From Polyangiales bacterium (lineage in GTDB: Bacteria > Myxococcota_A > Polyangia > Polyangiales > Ga0077539), in the NCBI GenBank assembly GCA_044229975.1, contig JBGARZ010000023.1:32001-96000 (forward strand): DNA of 64,000 nucleotides, in the 5' to 3' direction. This document shows, piece after piece, positions 46,670 through 57,000 of this stretch (positions within the stretch are counted from its first letter, which is position 1; every line of letters starts with the position of its first letter). The position numbers and the translations under genes were made by a program. Under the pieces are notes generated by a model. The model had not been told where the DNA came from. It made no database searches and was given only the letters and a program-made list of their open reading frames with translations.

Positions 46670-46766
46670 CGTTTCAGCGCCTGGTAGGCTCCCGGGCGCT
46701 CGCCCGTGCGGGTCGCGACAACGTTGTCGGGATCGTCGCGAACCCCTACCCTGCCCCATGGGTGTA

Positions 46767-47666
46767 ATGAACCCGCGCGCTCTGTTGATGCTCGCGGTCT
46801 GCCTCGGCGCCGCCGCCTGTGGCGGGGTCGCCGTCGGCAACCAGACCGCAGCGGACGTCCCTCCCGCGGACGCCGTCAGCGCGGACGCGAGGCTGGTGGA
46901 CATCCCCAGCAACGACTTGGGGCGCGCGGACGCGCCGGGGGCTGACGCGCCGTCGGTCGAGGCAGGCGTCGCGGACGCCGTCGGGGTCGAAGTGGGTCGA
47001 TCGGACGGGGCCCTCGTAGACACGAGCGCCGTCGAGGTAGGCGCGGCGAATGGTGGCGACGCGGGCACCGGCGACGTCGTGGACGCGGGCGCCAGCGATG
47101 CTGCGGTCGATGCAGACCTCCGCGCGGACGTCGCACCCGAGGCGGGGATGGACGCGGCGGGCCCCGCCGAAGCTGCCGTCTGTTCGGGTGCCCATCCGCT
47201 GGTCGATGCGGGGGCGAGGTTCTGCGGCCCGGGGCAGTGCTACTGCCCGGCGCCGGGGACGGGCGGCGACTCCTGCCTCCCGGCAGGCACGGCGGCCGCG
47301 TGCTGCCCGGGACGCTCGGTGGTTTGCACGGCCAGCGACGCAGGGGCGGCCTGCCCGGCGGGCACGCACCCGCTCCTCGACGGGGGCGCGCGGTTCTGCG
47401 CCGTGGGGAGTTGCTACTGCCCGTCGCCTGGGATCAACGGCGACGCGTGCCTTCCGGCGGGCGCGGGGGCAGCGTGTTGCCCGGGGCGTTCCGTGGTGTG
47501 CGCGAGCGAAGACGCGGGGGTGACGTGCCCCGCGGCGACGCACCCGCTCGTCGATGGGGGCGCGCGGTTCTGCGCCCCGGGAAGCTGTTACTGCCCGTCG
47601 AGCGACGCGTGCCGCCCAGTGGCGGTCGCGCGGATGTGCTGCCCGACCGCGGTGATCTGCGACTGA
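46767..47666 (+). CDS. Lipoprotein with Asp/Ala stalk and three 8-Cys repeats
   Basis: Lipobox AAAC; three C..HPL(V/L)D(A/G)GARFC..G.CYCP..D.C.P..CCP...(V/I)C units at 47181-47663. Confidence 0.75.
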   Translation: MNPRALLMLAVCLGAAACGGVAVGNQTAADVPPADAVSADARLVDIPSNDLGRADAPGADAPSVEAGVADAVGVEVGRSDGALVDTSAVEVGAANGGDAGTGDVVDAGASDAAVDADLRADVAPEAGMDAAGPAEAAVCSGAHPLVDAGARFCGPGQCYCPAPGTGGDSCLPAGTAAACCPGRSVVCTASDAGAACPAGTHPLLDGGARFCAVGSCYCPSPGINGDACLPAGAGAACCPGRSVVCASEDAGVTCPAATHPLVDGGARFCAPGSCYCPSSDACRPVAVARMCCPTAVICD

Positions 47667-47830
47667 ACGCGACCCGAGCCCCAGCGGCCGGTCTGCATTC
47701 CGCCCGTCATCCCACCTATGCGCATCTCGGCGGGCCGGATCTGCAGGTAGGCCGCGCCGCCCGCCTATCGTCGTCGCCGACGATCGCCCCGCACGCGAAC
47801 CAGAACCCTCCGGGGTTCGACGCCGACCCT

Positions 47831-49570
47831 TCAGGGCGCGACGAAGCGCACGCGCGGGCGCACCCGGAGCGGCGTCCCGTCGAGCGAGACGAGCACGCGC
47901 GCGCTGCCCGCAAACGTCGGCGCCACCAGCGCGCGCCGCGTCCTGCCAGACGGCTCGACGACCGCGGGTCCCGTCCACGCGCAGGCCCCGCTGCACTCGA
48001 TGGCCGCGGTCCTGGCTCCGGCGGCGGCCGGATCGACGATCACCTCCACCTCCGACACGCCGTCCGCCGGCACGACCCGCCGCGCGACCTCGACGGCGCT
48101 CGGTTCGATCACGGTCGTGTAGCGGCCCGCCTCCGCCGACACCGTCTGGCGCAGGCCGCTCGGCCACTCGACCGTCACGTCCGCACGTTCCTGCTGTCCG
48201 ACCGCTAGGACCACTCCGCGGTCGTGCTCACCGCCCATCGACGACTGTCCGCCGGCCACGACGACCAGGGGCGGCCGGGCGCCGTTCAGCGACACCCGCG
48301 CTCCCGCTGCTTCGGCGGACGACACCGCCCCTCTCAGGCGGAGCCCGACCCAGCGGCCGCGCGGTTCGAGACGGTTGCGCAGGACGACGAGGCCCCGCGA
48401 AGGGTCCCCTGAGGTCGCGAGGCAGTCCGGCTGCCCGTTGAGCGAGAAGTCCCCGCACGCGAGGCCATGGAACTGAATCGTGGCGTCGAGCACGCGGGGG
48501 GTGACGCAGCCGTAGGTGCCGTCCTTCTGATTGACGTACAGCGTGGCGGGCGCGGGGCCTCCGTTCTCTTCGGTGAGCGAGAGCACGAGCAGGTCGCTCC
48601 AGCCGTCGAGGTCGGCGTCCTGCGTTGCGCACCCCCAGGCGAACGAGCCCTCCGGTGAGGAGAGGAGGGCCGCGTTGGCGACCGACGGGAGCGAGCGCCC
48701 GCCGCTTCCGTGCAGCAGGACGTTGGTGTCGATGACGCCGCTGACGAAGTAGTCCATGCGCCCGTCGCGGTCGAAGTCGAGCGGGCACAGCCCCATGGGG
48801 TGGGCGTCGGCGAAGTCGTCCGAGACGCTCGCATCCCGCTCGAACGTGGGCTCGTCGGAGGGACGGCCCCAGTTCAACGACCCCTGGTCGAAGTCTGCGA
48901 CGACGAACAGCTCGCGGTAGCCGTCGCCGTCTACGTCGTCGAAGAACGTGCCGTAGCCCATGTAGAGGCCGTCGCGCGGGGCGAACGAGGGCGTGCGGTC
49001 CACGAAGCGGCCGTCGCCCCACGCGGTGAGCAGGACCGCGGGCGACTCGCGGCGCGCGTTGTAGGAGACCGCGAGGTCGGTCAGGCCGTCGAGATCGACG
49101 TCCGTCGCGAGGAGCTGGGTGGGTTGGCCACGCGTCGCGGGCGCGACCACCGTGCCCGGTCCGAAGCGGCACCCGCCGAGGCCTCGGTGCCACTGCACGC
49201 CGGGGCCCGCCACCACCAGGTCACCCTCGCCGTCCGCGTCGAGGTCCACGAAGGTTCCCGCCGAGGTCGTGCTCGGGATGGGCGCCTCCAGATCGAGCAG
49301 GTCGAAGCCGCCCTCCGCGCGTGCGACGAACACCCGGCGCCCGTTCATCACGTCGGGGCGGCCGTCCCCCGAGCAGTCGCCCACCGCGACGAAGGTCGAT
49401 GGCCCACCGCGACCTTCCAGGTCCACCTGGATTCGGCCGGGGATCTCGACCTCGGGGCATTGGTTCGTGCAGCTCGCGAGGAGTGCGCCCGCGCCGGCCA
49501 GTTGGCCCGCAAGCGCGAGGACGCTGCGAGAGTTCGCGGGTCCCCGCTTCACGGCTCGGAGGGGGCTCAC
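47831..49570 (-). CDS. CRTAC1-family protein (FG-GAP repeats + ASPIC/UnbV), probable lipoprotein
   Basis: DxDxDGxxD repeats; AAGARV..GGQSS..VEWPSG; LASC lipobox; GTGA overlap with the upstream stop. Confidence 0.85.
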   Translation of the reverse strand: MSPLRAVKRGPANSRSVLALAGQLAGAGALLASCTNQCPEVEIPGRIQVDLEGRGGPSTFVAVGDCSGDGRPDVMNGRRVFVARAEGGFDLLDLEAPIPSTTSAGTFVDLDADGEGDLVVAGPGVQWHRGLGGCRFGPGTVVAPATRGQPTQLLATDVDLDGLTDLAVSYNARRESPAVLLTAWGDGRFVDRTPSFAPRDGLYMGYGTFFDDVDGDGYRELFVVADFDQGSLNWGRPSDEPTFERDASVSDDFADAHPMGLCPLDFDRDGRMDYFVSGVIDTNVLLHGSGGRSLPSVANAALLSSPEGSFAWGCATQDADLDGWSDLLVLSLTEENGGPAPATLYVNQKDGTYGCVTPRVLDATIQFHGLACGDFSLNGQPDCLATSGDPSRGLVVLRNRLEPRGRWVGLRLRGAVSSAEAAGARVSLNGARPPLVVVAGGQSSMGGEHDRGVVLAVGQQERADVTVEWPSGLRQTVSAEAGRYTTVIEPSAVEVARRVVPADGVSEVEVIVDPAAAGARTAAIECSGACAWTGPAVVEPSGRTRRALVAPTFAGSARVLVSLDGTPLRVRPRVRFVAP

Positions 49571-50148
49571 GCCGTCGCTCTCGCCCGGGTCCAGACCCAC
49601 GCCCCCGCGCTCACCGCCACGGCGCCGCCGAGGAGCCCGGCGAACATGCCCAGGGCCTCGCCCAGGAAGAGCCCGCTGCACCGCACCGAGCCGATCGACA
49701 CCACGCCCAGCAGCATCCCGACGCCGGCGCGCGCGCGCTGCCCGCCGTCGCCGCGGCGCGGGAGGAGCGCCGCCATCACCACGCCGAGCGCGAGCCCGGC
49801 GAGGGCGCAGGTGCCGGGGCGGGCGCAGCAGTTCTCGCAGACCATCATCCCGGGCGGGCAGCACGGGCGCAGCAGGGACATCGGGAGCAGGAGCGCCGCG
49901 AGGCCGCCCAGAAGGCCCACCTGCGCGCCCCGTAGCCACCACCCCCGGCGCCAGCCGAGAAAGGTCCACGCGAGGACCACCAGCGCCAGGGTGAGGGGCC
50001 GGAGGGCGACGCCGGCCACACGCGCGGCGAGCACCGACAGGCCGAGGACGATCAGCGCGCGCACGAGCCCGTCCCGGGCGAGGCCCCACTCGTAGGCCCG
50101 GCGGACGCGCGCTTCGAGGGACGGCGGGGCGGTCAAATCAGGGGTCAC
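49567..50148 (-). CDS. Cys-rich multi-pass membrane protein, putative anti-sigma factor
   Basis: Coupled to the ECF gene; RRAYEWG N-terminus; loop PCCPPGMMVCENCCARPGTC. Confidence 0.7.
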   Translation of the reverse strand: MTPDLTAPPSLEARVRRAYEWGLARDGLVRALIVLGLSVLAARVAGVALRPLTLALVVLAWTFLGWRRGWWLRGAQVGLLGGLAALLLPMSLLRPCCPPGMMVCENCCARPGTCALAGLALGVVMAALLPRRGDGGQRARAGVGMLLGVVSIGSVRCSGLFLGEALGMFAGLLGGAVAVSAGAWVWTRARATA

Positions 50149-50675
50149 GGGTCACCTCCCAGGAGGGCGCGGAGCCGGGCGTAGGCGCGGGACAGGCGTT
50201 TGCGGTGCGTGGCGGGCGCGATCGGCGGGGGCGCCCCCTCCCCGAGCAGGACGGCAATGGCCTCGGCCGAGGTCGGGTCGAGCGCGTCCACGCTCCCCTG
50301 GAGCGCGCGACGGAGCTCGCGCTCGGCGAGCGCGTCGTCCGCCGCGGCCTCGGGGCTCGGGTGGTGCTCCGGGACGGCGCCGGCGTCGTGCCGGGTGCGA
50401 CGAAGCTCGGCGCGGACCTCGTTGGCCACCACGGCGTAGAACCACGGCAGCGCCGGTCGCCCGGGGGTGAACGAGGCCGCGCGGGTGAAGAGCTTGACCA
50501 TGGCGGCCTGGGCGACCTCGTCGGCGCGCGCGGGCCCGAGGCGCCGGGCCGCCACCCGCAACGCGCGCGGGTGCAGCGCGCGGAACAGGGGCGTGAAGGC
50601 CTCGCGCTCGCCCTCGCTCACGCGCGCCATGAGGTCGTCGAGCTCGGCCTCCGAGGCTTCGCGGGTCGGAGGCAC
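50145..50675 (-). CDS. ECF sigma factor with shortened sigma4 region
   Basis: LMARVSEGEREAF..ADEVAQ..PWFYAVVANEVR; ATHRKRLSRAYARLR. Confidence 0.85.
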   Translation of the reverse strand: MPPTREASEAELDDLMARVSEGEREAFTPLFRALHPRALRVAARRLGPARADEVAQAAMVKLFTRAASFTPGRPALPWFYAVVANEVRAELRRTRHDAGAVPEHHPSPEAAADDALAERELRRALQGSVDALDPTSAEAIAVLLGEGAPPPIAPATHRKRLSRAYARLRALLGGDP

Positions 50676-50687
50676 GCGGGCGTCGGG

Positions 50688-50870
50688 TCAGCCCGCGCGG
50701 TGGCGGCCCTGGCAGCAGGGCGAGCCGGGATGGCAGCAGGGCGAGCCGGGGTAGCAGCAGTCGCCGGCGCCCCGGGCGGTGCGAACGGCGGTGACCGTCG
50801 CCCCGAGGCCCGTGGCGAGGGAGAGGGCCCCGAGGATCATCAGGGTCCGGGGGGAGAGCAGCTTCATCAT
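50688..50870 (-). CDS. Small secreted Cys-rich peptide (CCxPGSPCC repeats)
   Basis: AGGAGG RBS; signal peptide; DCCYPGSPCCHPGSPCCQG encoded by a 21-bp repeat. Confidence 0.75.
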   Translation of the reverse strand: MMKLLSPRTLMILGALSLATGLGATVTAVRTARGAGDCCYPGSPCCHPGSPCCQGRHRAG

Positions 50871-50961
50871 GGGTAGAGACCTCCTGTCCCCCTGCTAGCC
50901 GTTCGGGCGGCGGCCGTGACCGACAAAGTGTCGCGCGGGCCGTTTCGGGTGTCGCGGTCGC

Positions 50962-51507
50962 CTACGTCGCCGGGGCGCAGGTGCAGTCGGCGCACCCGTC
51001 GTCCGCGCAGGACCCGCAGCAGGCCTGCACCCGCGCGCGCAGCGCCTCGCGCGCCCGGAAGACCCGCACGGCGGCGTTGTTCGCGGTGATGCCCTCGGCC
51101 TCGGCGAAGTCCTTCACGCTCTGCCCGGCAACGGTCACCTGCCGGAGCGCCGCCGCGTACTCGGGCTTCATCGCGTCCGCCAGCCGCCCCACGCACGCGC
51201 AGGTGGTCGGCGCGAGGGCCGCCACCGGCGGCGCCTCCGGCTCGTCCAGCTCCGCGGCCAGGGCGTCGAGCGCGCGGCCGTGGCTGGCGTCCCGGCGCCG
51301 GCGGTCGATCACCGCGTTGCGCAGGATCCGGTAGAACCAGGCGCGCGACGACTCGTCCTGCCGGAGCGAGGCGCCGTGGGTCATGCTGCGGGCGTAGGCG
51401 TCCTGGAGGATGTCCTCGGCCGCCGCGCGGTCGCCGAGCCGGCGCTCCAGGAAGGCGAGGAAGCTCGAACGCGCGGCGAGCAGCGACTCGGTGACGTGGG
51501 CGTCCAT
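50962..51507 (-). CDS. corE: CorE-like metal-dependent ECF sigma factor
   Basis: AEDILQD, WFYRILRNA; CAC linker motif; C-terminal Cys-rich domain CCGSCADDGCADCTC; directly downstream of copA. Confidence 0.85.
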   Translation of the reverse strand: MDAHVTESLLAARSSFLAFLERRLGDRAAAEDILQDAYARSMTHGASLRQDESSRAWFYRILRNAVIDRRRRDASHGRALDALAAELDEPEAPPVAALAPTTCACVGRLADAMKPEYAAALRQVTVAGQSVKDFAEAEGITANNAAVRVFRAREALRARVQACCGSCADDGCADCTCAPAT

Positions 51508-51551
51508 GGGCCGGAGTCTAACGGCGTCGGCGGCGGAGGGCACGGAGGGGA

Positions 51552-53846
51552 TCACGGCGACCACCGCCGCAGCCGCAGCGAGTTGAGGAGCACCGAGACG
51601 CTCGACAGCGACATCGCCGCGCTCGCGAAGACCGGCGAGAGCGACCAGCCCGTCACGGGCTCGAGCAGCCCCGCCGCGAGGGGGATGCCGACGAGGTTGT
51701 AGACGAAGGCCCAGAAGAGGTTCTGCCGGATCGTGCGCAGCGTGGCCCGCGCGAGCGCGAGCGCCGTCGGCACCGCCCCGACGCCGCCCCGCAGGATCGT
51801 CACGTCCGCGGCGGCCGCTGCGACGTCCGCGCCGCCGCCCATCGCCACGCCGAGGTCGGCCGCGGCTAGCGCGGGCGCGTCGTTCACGCCGTCGCCCACC
51901 ATCGCCACGGTGCGCCCCGCCGCGCGCAGCCGCGCCACCAGCGCGGCCTTCTCCTCGGGGCGCACTTCCGCATGCACCTCGCTCACGCCCGCGGCGCGCG
52001 CGACCGTCAGCGCCGTCGCCCACCGGTCGCCCGTCGCCATCGCCACGGACACGCCCATCGCCGTCAACGCGGCCACGGTCGCGGCGGCCTCGGGGCGCAC
52101 CGTGTCGGCCACCGTCACGAGGCCCGCCAGGGCGCCGTCGATGGCCACGAACACGGGCGTCTCGCCCCGGTCCGCGGCCGCGGCCGCCGCGGGCTCCAGC
52201 GCGTCGGCGGCGACCCCCTGCGACGCCAGCCAGCGGGTGGTGCCGACGCACACGAGCGACGTGCCGACGCGGGCCTGCACGCCGCCGCCCGGGGTCGCCG
52301 TGAACTCCGTCGCGGCGACGGCGGTCAGGCCCCGCGCGGCGGCGCCCGCGACGATGGCGCGCGCCACGGGGTGTTCGCTCCCCGCCTCCGCGGCGGCCGC
52401 CAGCGCGAGCAGCTCGTCCTCGCCCCTCCCGCCCGCGGGGACCACCCGCGCGAGGGCCATCCGGCCCAGGGTGAGGGTGCCCGTCTTGTCGAAGAGCACC
52501 TGGTCGATCTTCGAGGCGCGCTCCAGGGCCTCGCCGCCCTTCACCAGCAGCCCGAGGGCGGCCGCGCGGCTCGTGCCCACGGCGACGGCCGCGGGCGTGG
52601 CGAGCCCGAGCGCGCAGGGGCAGGCGATCACCAGCACCGCGACGAAGTGCTCGACCGCGGCGGCGAGTCCGTCGGGCCCGCGCGGGAGCACCATCCACGC
52701 GGCGAAGGTGAGTACGGCGAGCGCGACTACCGCCGGCACGAACACCGCGCTCACCCGGTCGGCGAGGCGGGCGATGGGCGCGCGCGTGCCCTGGGCCTCG
52801 GAGACGGCGTCCACGATGCGCGCAACGGCCGACTCGGCGCCCCGGCGCGTCACCTCGATCACGAGGCTGCCGCCCTCGACCAGCGTCCCGCCCTGCACGG
52901 GGTCGCCGGGCCCGCGCTCCACGGGCACGCTCTCGCCGGTGAGCATCGACTCGTCCACGGCGGCCTGACCCTCCACGACCGTCCCGTCGGTCGGGACGCG
53001 CTGCCCGGGGCGCACGCGCACGCGGTCGCCCGGGAGCAGCGACCCCACCGTCACCTCGAGCTCAACCCCGCCCCGCAGGCGCGTCGCGCTCGGCGGCTGG
53101 AGGGCCACGAGGCCGCGCACCGCGTCCCCCAGGCGCCGGCGCGCGCGCCGCTCCAGGGCCTTGCCCAGCAGCATGAACGCGACGATCGCGCCGGCCGCCT
53201 CGAAGTACACCGGGACGTGACCGTGCTCGCCGTGCGGAAGCAGTCGCGGCACGAAGGTCACCGCCGCCGACCAGCCCCAGGCGGTGAGGGCGCCGAGCGC
53301 GACGAGGACGTTCATGTCGGCGCTCCGGTGGCGCAGCGCCGCGGCCGCGAGGCGCAGGAAGCGGCGCCCGGGGCCGAAGACCACCGCCGTCGCCAGCGCG
53401 AGCTGGAGGTAGCGCCCGGCGGCGCCCGCGGTCCCCGGGATCGCGCCGTGCGACATCCCGACGACCAGGAGCGGCACGGCCAGCGCCGCAGCCACGATCA
53501 GGTCGCGCCGGTCGCGGCGGGCGTCGGACTCTTCGGCGGCGTCGATGCGCGCGAGGCGCGACGCTGCGTCGGGCGGGGCCTCGCCCGCCGCGGGCACGTC
53601 GGGGACCTCGTAGCCCGCCCCGCGGATCGCCTCGGCGAGGGCCTCCGGGGCCGTCGCGGCGGGGTCGTAGTCGATCGTCGCATGCTGGGTGGCGAGGTTC
53701 ACCCGCGCGTCGAGCACGCCGGGCGCGCGCCCGAGCACGCGCTCGATGCGGCCGACGCAGGCCGCGCAGGTCATGCCGAGCACCGCGAGCTGCACGCGCG
53801 TCGGGTCGTCGGGAGGGGACAGGGGGTTCGCGAGCGAGGATGTCAT
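51552..53846 (-). CDS. copA: Cu(I)-transporting P1B-1 ATPase with N-terminal HMA
   Basis: [34 protein letters not shown]. Confidence 0.95.
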   Translation of the reverse strand: MTSSLANPLSPPDDPTRVQLAVLGMTCAACVGRIERVLGRAPGVLDARVNLATQHATIDYDPAATAPEALAEAIRGAGYEVPDVPAAGEAPPDAASRLARIDAAEESDARRDRRDLIVAAALAVPLLVVGMSHGAIPGTAGAAGRYLQLALATAVVFGPGRRFLRLAAAALRHRSADMNVLVALGALTAWGWSAAVTFVPRLLPHGEHGHVPVYFEAAGAIVAFMLLGKALERRARRRLGDAVRGLVALQPPSATRLRGGVELEVTVGSLLPGDRVRVRPGQRVPTDGTVVEGQAAVDESMLTGESVPVERGPGDPVQGGTLVEGGSLVIEVTRRGAESAVARIVDAVSEAQGTRAPIARLADRVSAVFVPAVVALAVLTFAAWMVLPRGPDGLAAAVEHFVAVLVIACPCALGLATPAAVAVGTSRAAALGLLVKGGEALERASKIDQVLFDKTGTLTLGRMALARVVPAGGRGEDELLALAAAAEAGSEHPVARAIVAGAAARGLTAVAATEFTATPGGGVQARVGTSLVCVGTTRWLASQGVAADALEPAAAAAADRGETPVFVAIDGALAGLVTVADTVRPEAAATVAALTAMGVSVAMATGDRWATALTVARAAGVSEVHAEVRPEEKAALVARLRAAGRTVAMVGDGVNDAPALAAADLGVAMGGGADVAAAAADVTILRGGVGAVPTALALARATLRTIRQNLFWAFVYNLVGIPLAAGLLEPVTGWSLSPVFASAAMSLSSVSVLLNSLRLRRWSP

Positions 53847-53874
53847 GGGGGTTCGGCTCCGGTTCGATCGGGCC

Positions 53875-53900
53875 GACGCAGCCGGGCGCGGCGGATTACA
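53875..53900 (-). promoter_or_regulatory. ECF-type promoter TGTAAT-N16-CGTC upstream of copA-corE
   Basis: Reverse complement reads tgtaat-ccgccgcgcccggctg-cgtc. Confidence 0.75.
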
Positions 53901-54005
53901 TCCCTCGTTCGCAGAGGATCGGCGGGTCGTTCTGGATCCCGGCACGCCGGCGCCCCTCAGTGCATGGGAGACCGCGGGGTCGTGAGCTGTCCGATGGACA
54001 GTCCT

Positions 54006-57000
54006 TCATGCCGGCGCGGCTCCTTCCGTCTCGGGCGGTCCGTCGATGCCCCCGCGACGAATCTGTCCCCTGCGCCAGACCGCGTAGGCGGCGGGCAGCA
54101 CGAGAAGCGTGAGCGCCAGACACGACACCAGGCCGCCCACGACCGGAGCGGCGATGCGCGCGGAGACGTCGGCGCCCGGGCCCGCCTCCCAGAGCAGGGG
54201 CAAGAGGCCCAGCACCGTGCTGGCCACCGACATCACGATGGGCCGTACCCGCGACGAAGCCCCCTCCACGACGGCTTCATCCACGTCGCTCACGTCCAGC
54301 GAAGCCTTGTCCTTCTGCCGCAACGAGACCGCCTGATCGAGGAACTCGACCATGAGGATGCCGGTCTCGGAGGCGGTTCCGATGACGGCGATGAGGCCCA
54401 CCCACACGGCGGTCGAGACGTTGTAGTGCCGCAGGTGGAGCAGCCACACGCTGCCGATCAATGCGAAGGGCAGGCTGGTGAGGACCAGGCCCGTCTGGGC
54501 CCAACCCCGCATGGCTCGACGAAGAAGGAAGACGACCAGCAGGAGGGTAAGCGGCACCACCCAGGCCATGCGCGCCTGCATCTCCGCCATGAACTCGTAC
54601 TGACCCGTCCATTGCAGCCGGTAGCCCGGAGGCAGTGACAACTGGCGCGCGACGACGGCCCTCGCGTCGCTCACCCAGCCGCCGAGGTCGCGCTGCGAGG
54701 CGTCGATGTCGGCGAAGACGTAGCCGACCAGGACGCCGTTCTCGTCCTTGATCATCGGCGGGCCGGTCACGACCCGCACGTCCGCGATCGCCCCGAGCGG
54801 AACCGTCGCCCCGGACGGTCGCCAGCGATCGCTCGGATCAGGCGCGGATGCGGCCGGTGCGCCCATCGCCGGTGCCGGGCTCGCGCCACCCGGTGCCCCG
54901 ACCCGCATCCCGGTGCGACCTGCGCCGCCTCCCATGCCGCTGCCACCCATGGCCCCCTGGGCGCTGTTGCCCGCCGGGGATGAGCCGGCGCCCGCGCCGC
55001 CGGCCTCCGCCTCGCCCACCGGCTCCGAGCTGGCCACCGGGATGAGGATGCGGCGCAGCGAGTCGGGATCGGCCCGGTAGTCCGCGGCGTAGCGCAGGTT
55101 GATCGAGAACCTCGACCGGCCTGCGATCACGGTCGAGACCGCCATGCCCCCGACGGCCGCTTCGACGACGTCGTGGACGTCCCGCACGCTCAGTCCGTAG
55201 CGGGCGATGGCCTCCCGGTCGGGGACGACGTCGATGTACTCGCGGCCCGTCTGGCGCTCCGCGAAGGTGCTGCGCGTTCCCGGGACGCCGCGCAGCATCC
55301 CTTCGAGGGCGATGGAGAGGCGCTCGATCTCGGCGAGGTCGGGCCCGAAGACCTTGATGCCAACGGGTGTCCGCACGCCGGTCGTCAGCATGTCGATGCG
55401 CGTCCGAATCGGCGGCGCGATCGCCATCTGATAGCCGGGCATCCGCAGCGCCGCGTCCAGGTCGCGGCTGAGCTCTTCGAGCGTGCGCGGACGCTGCTCA
55501 GGCCAGATCCATCGGAGGGGAACCCGCAGCCACTCGGGCCCTCCGCTGTACCACCGCGCGGTATACCGCCGCGGCCACGCGCTCGTGGGGCGCAGGACCA
55601 CGACGCTCTCGATCATGTCGAGCTGCGCCGGGTCGGTGGCCGTCTCCGCCCGCCCGGCCTTGCCATGCACCGACGACACCTCCCGGAAGGATCGGATGAT
55701 CCGATCCTGGGCCGTGAGCGCCCGGCGCGCCTCCTCGATGGAGATGCCCGGAAAGGTCGTGGGCATGACCAGGAGAGAGCCCTCGTCGAGGGGCGGCATG
55801 AACTCCGAGCCGAGGCGTAGGGCCACGGGCACCGTCGCCGCGAGCAACGCGGCCGCGCCGAGGAGGACGAACCATCGCGCCCGGACGGCGAGGCGCACCA
55901 CCGGCCGATACATCCGGGTCAGGACGCGGCTGACGGGGTTCTCGTCGTCCCGGCGAAACCTGCCCCGCATCACGAGCAACATGAGGGGCGGCACCAGCGT
56001 CACGGAGAGCAGCGCCGCCGCGAAGGTGGCGAAGGTGTGCGTGAGGACGAGCGGGCGGAACAGCCGCCCGGCCTGGCCGGTCAGGCTGAGGAGCGGGACG
56101 AAGCTCACGGTGACCAGGAGGAGGGAGAAGAACGTGGGGCGTCCGACCTCCTTGAGCGCGTCGAGGATGACGCGTCGCCGGTCCGCGCCCGCGGCCGCGA
56201 GCGAGAGCCGGCGCGCGCCGTTCTCGACGAAGGTCGTGGAGGCGTCCTCAAGCTCCCCCACCGCGATCGCGATCCCGGCGAGGGACATGATGTTGATCGA
56301 CATGCCGACGTGGAACGTCGGGATGAAGGTGAGCAGGACCGCGAGCGGAATGACGACGACGGCGACGAAGGCCGACCGGGCGCTGAACAGGAAGAAGAGG
56401 CAGATGAGCGCGACGATGACGCCCTCCTGGATGAGCGTATTTCTCAGCGTCGCCACGGAGCCGCGAATCAGGTGCGAGCGGTCGTAGGTCGGCACGAGGC
56501 GGACGCCCTCGGGCAGGCTCAGCCGCGCGATCTCGGCCTTGATGGCGTCGTTGACCTGGAGGGCGTTGGAGCCGATGCGCATGACGACGATGCCGCCGAC
56601 GGCCTCGCCGCGGCCGTCGAAGTCCGCGGCGCCCCGGCGGATCTCCGGGCCGAACTGGACGCGCGCGACGTCGCGCAGCCGGATGGGGTTGCCGCCCGCG
56701 CCCACGCTCACGACGCTCGCTTCGAGGTCGGCGAGGGTCCGCACGTACCCGCGGCCGCGCAGGACGTACTCGCGCCCGGCGACCTCCAGCACGCGCGCCC
56801 CCACCTCGGAGTTGGCGTCCCGCGCGGCGCGGGTCACGTCGGCCAGTGAGAGTCCGTAGGCGGCGAGGCGGTTCGGATCGAGGACGATCTGGTACTGGCG
56901 CTCGAAGCCGCCGACCGTCGCGACCTCGGCGACGCCGGAGACCGCCTGGAGCGTCGGGCGGATCGTGAAGTCCTGGAGCTCACGGAGCTGCGCGAGGTCG

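Noticed and set aside
50962..52698. 578-aa extended sigma factor
   Set aside because: The upstream part is an alternative frame of copA; the sigma factor starts at 51507
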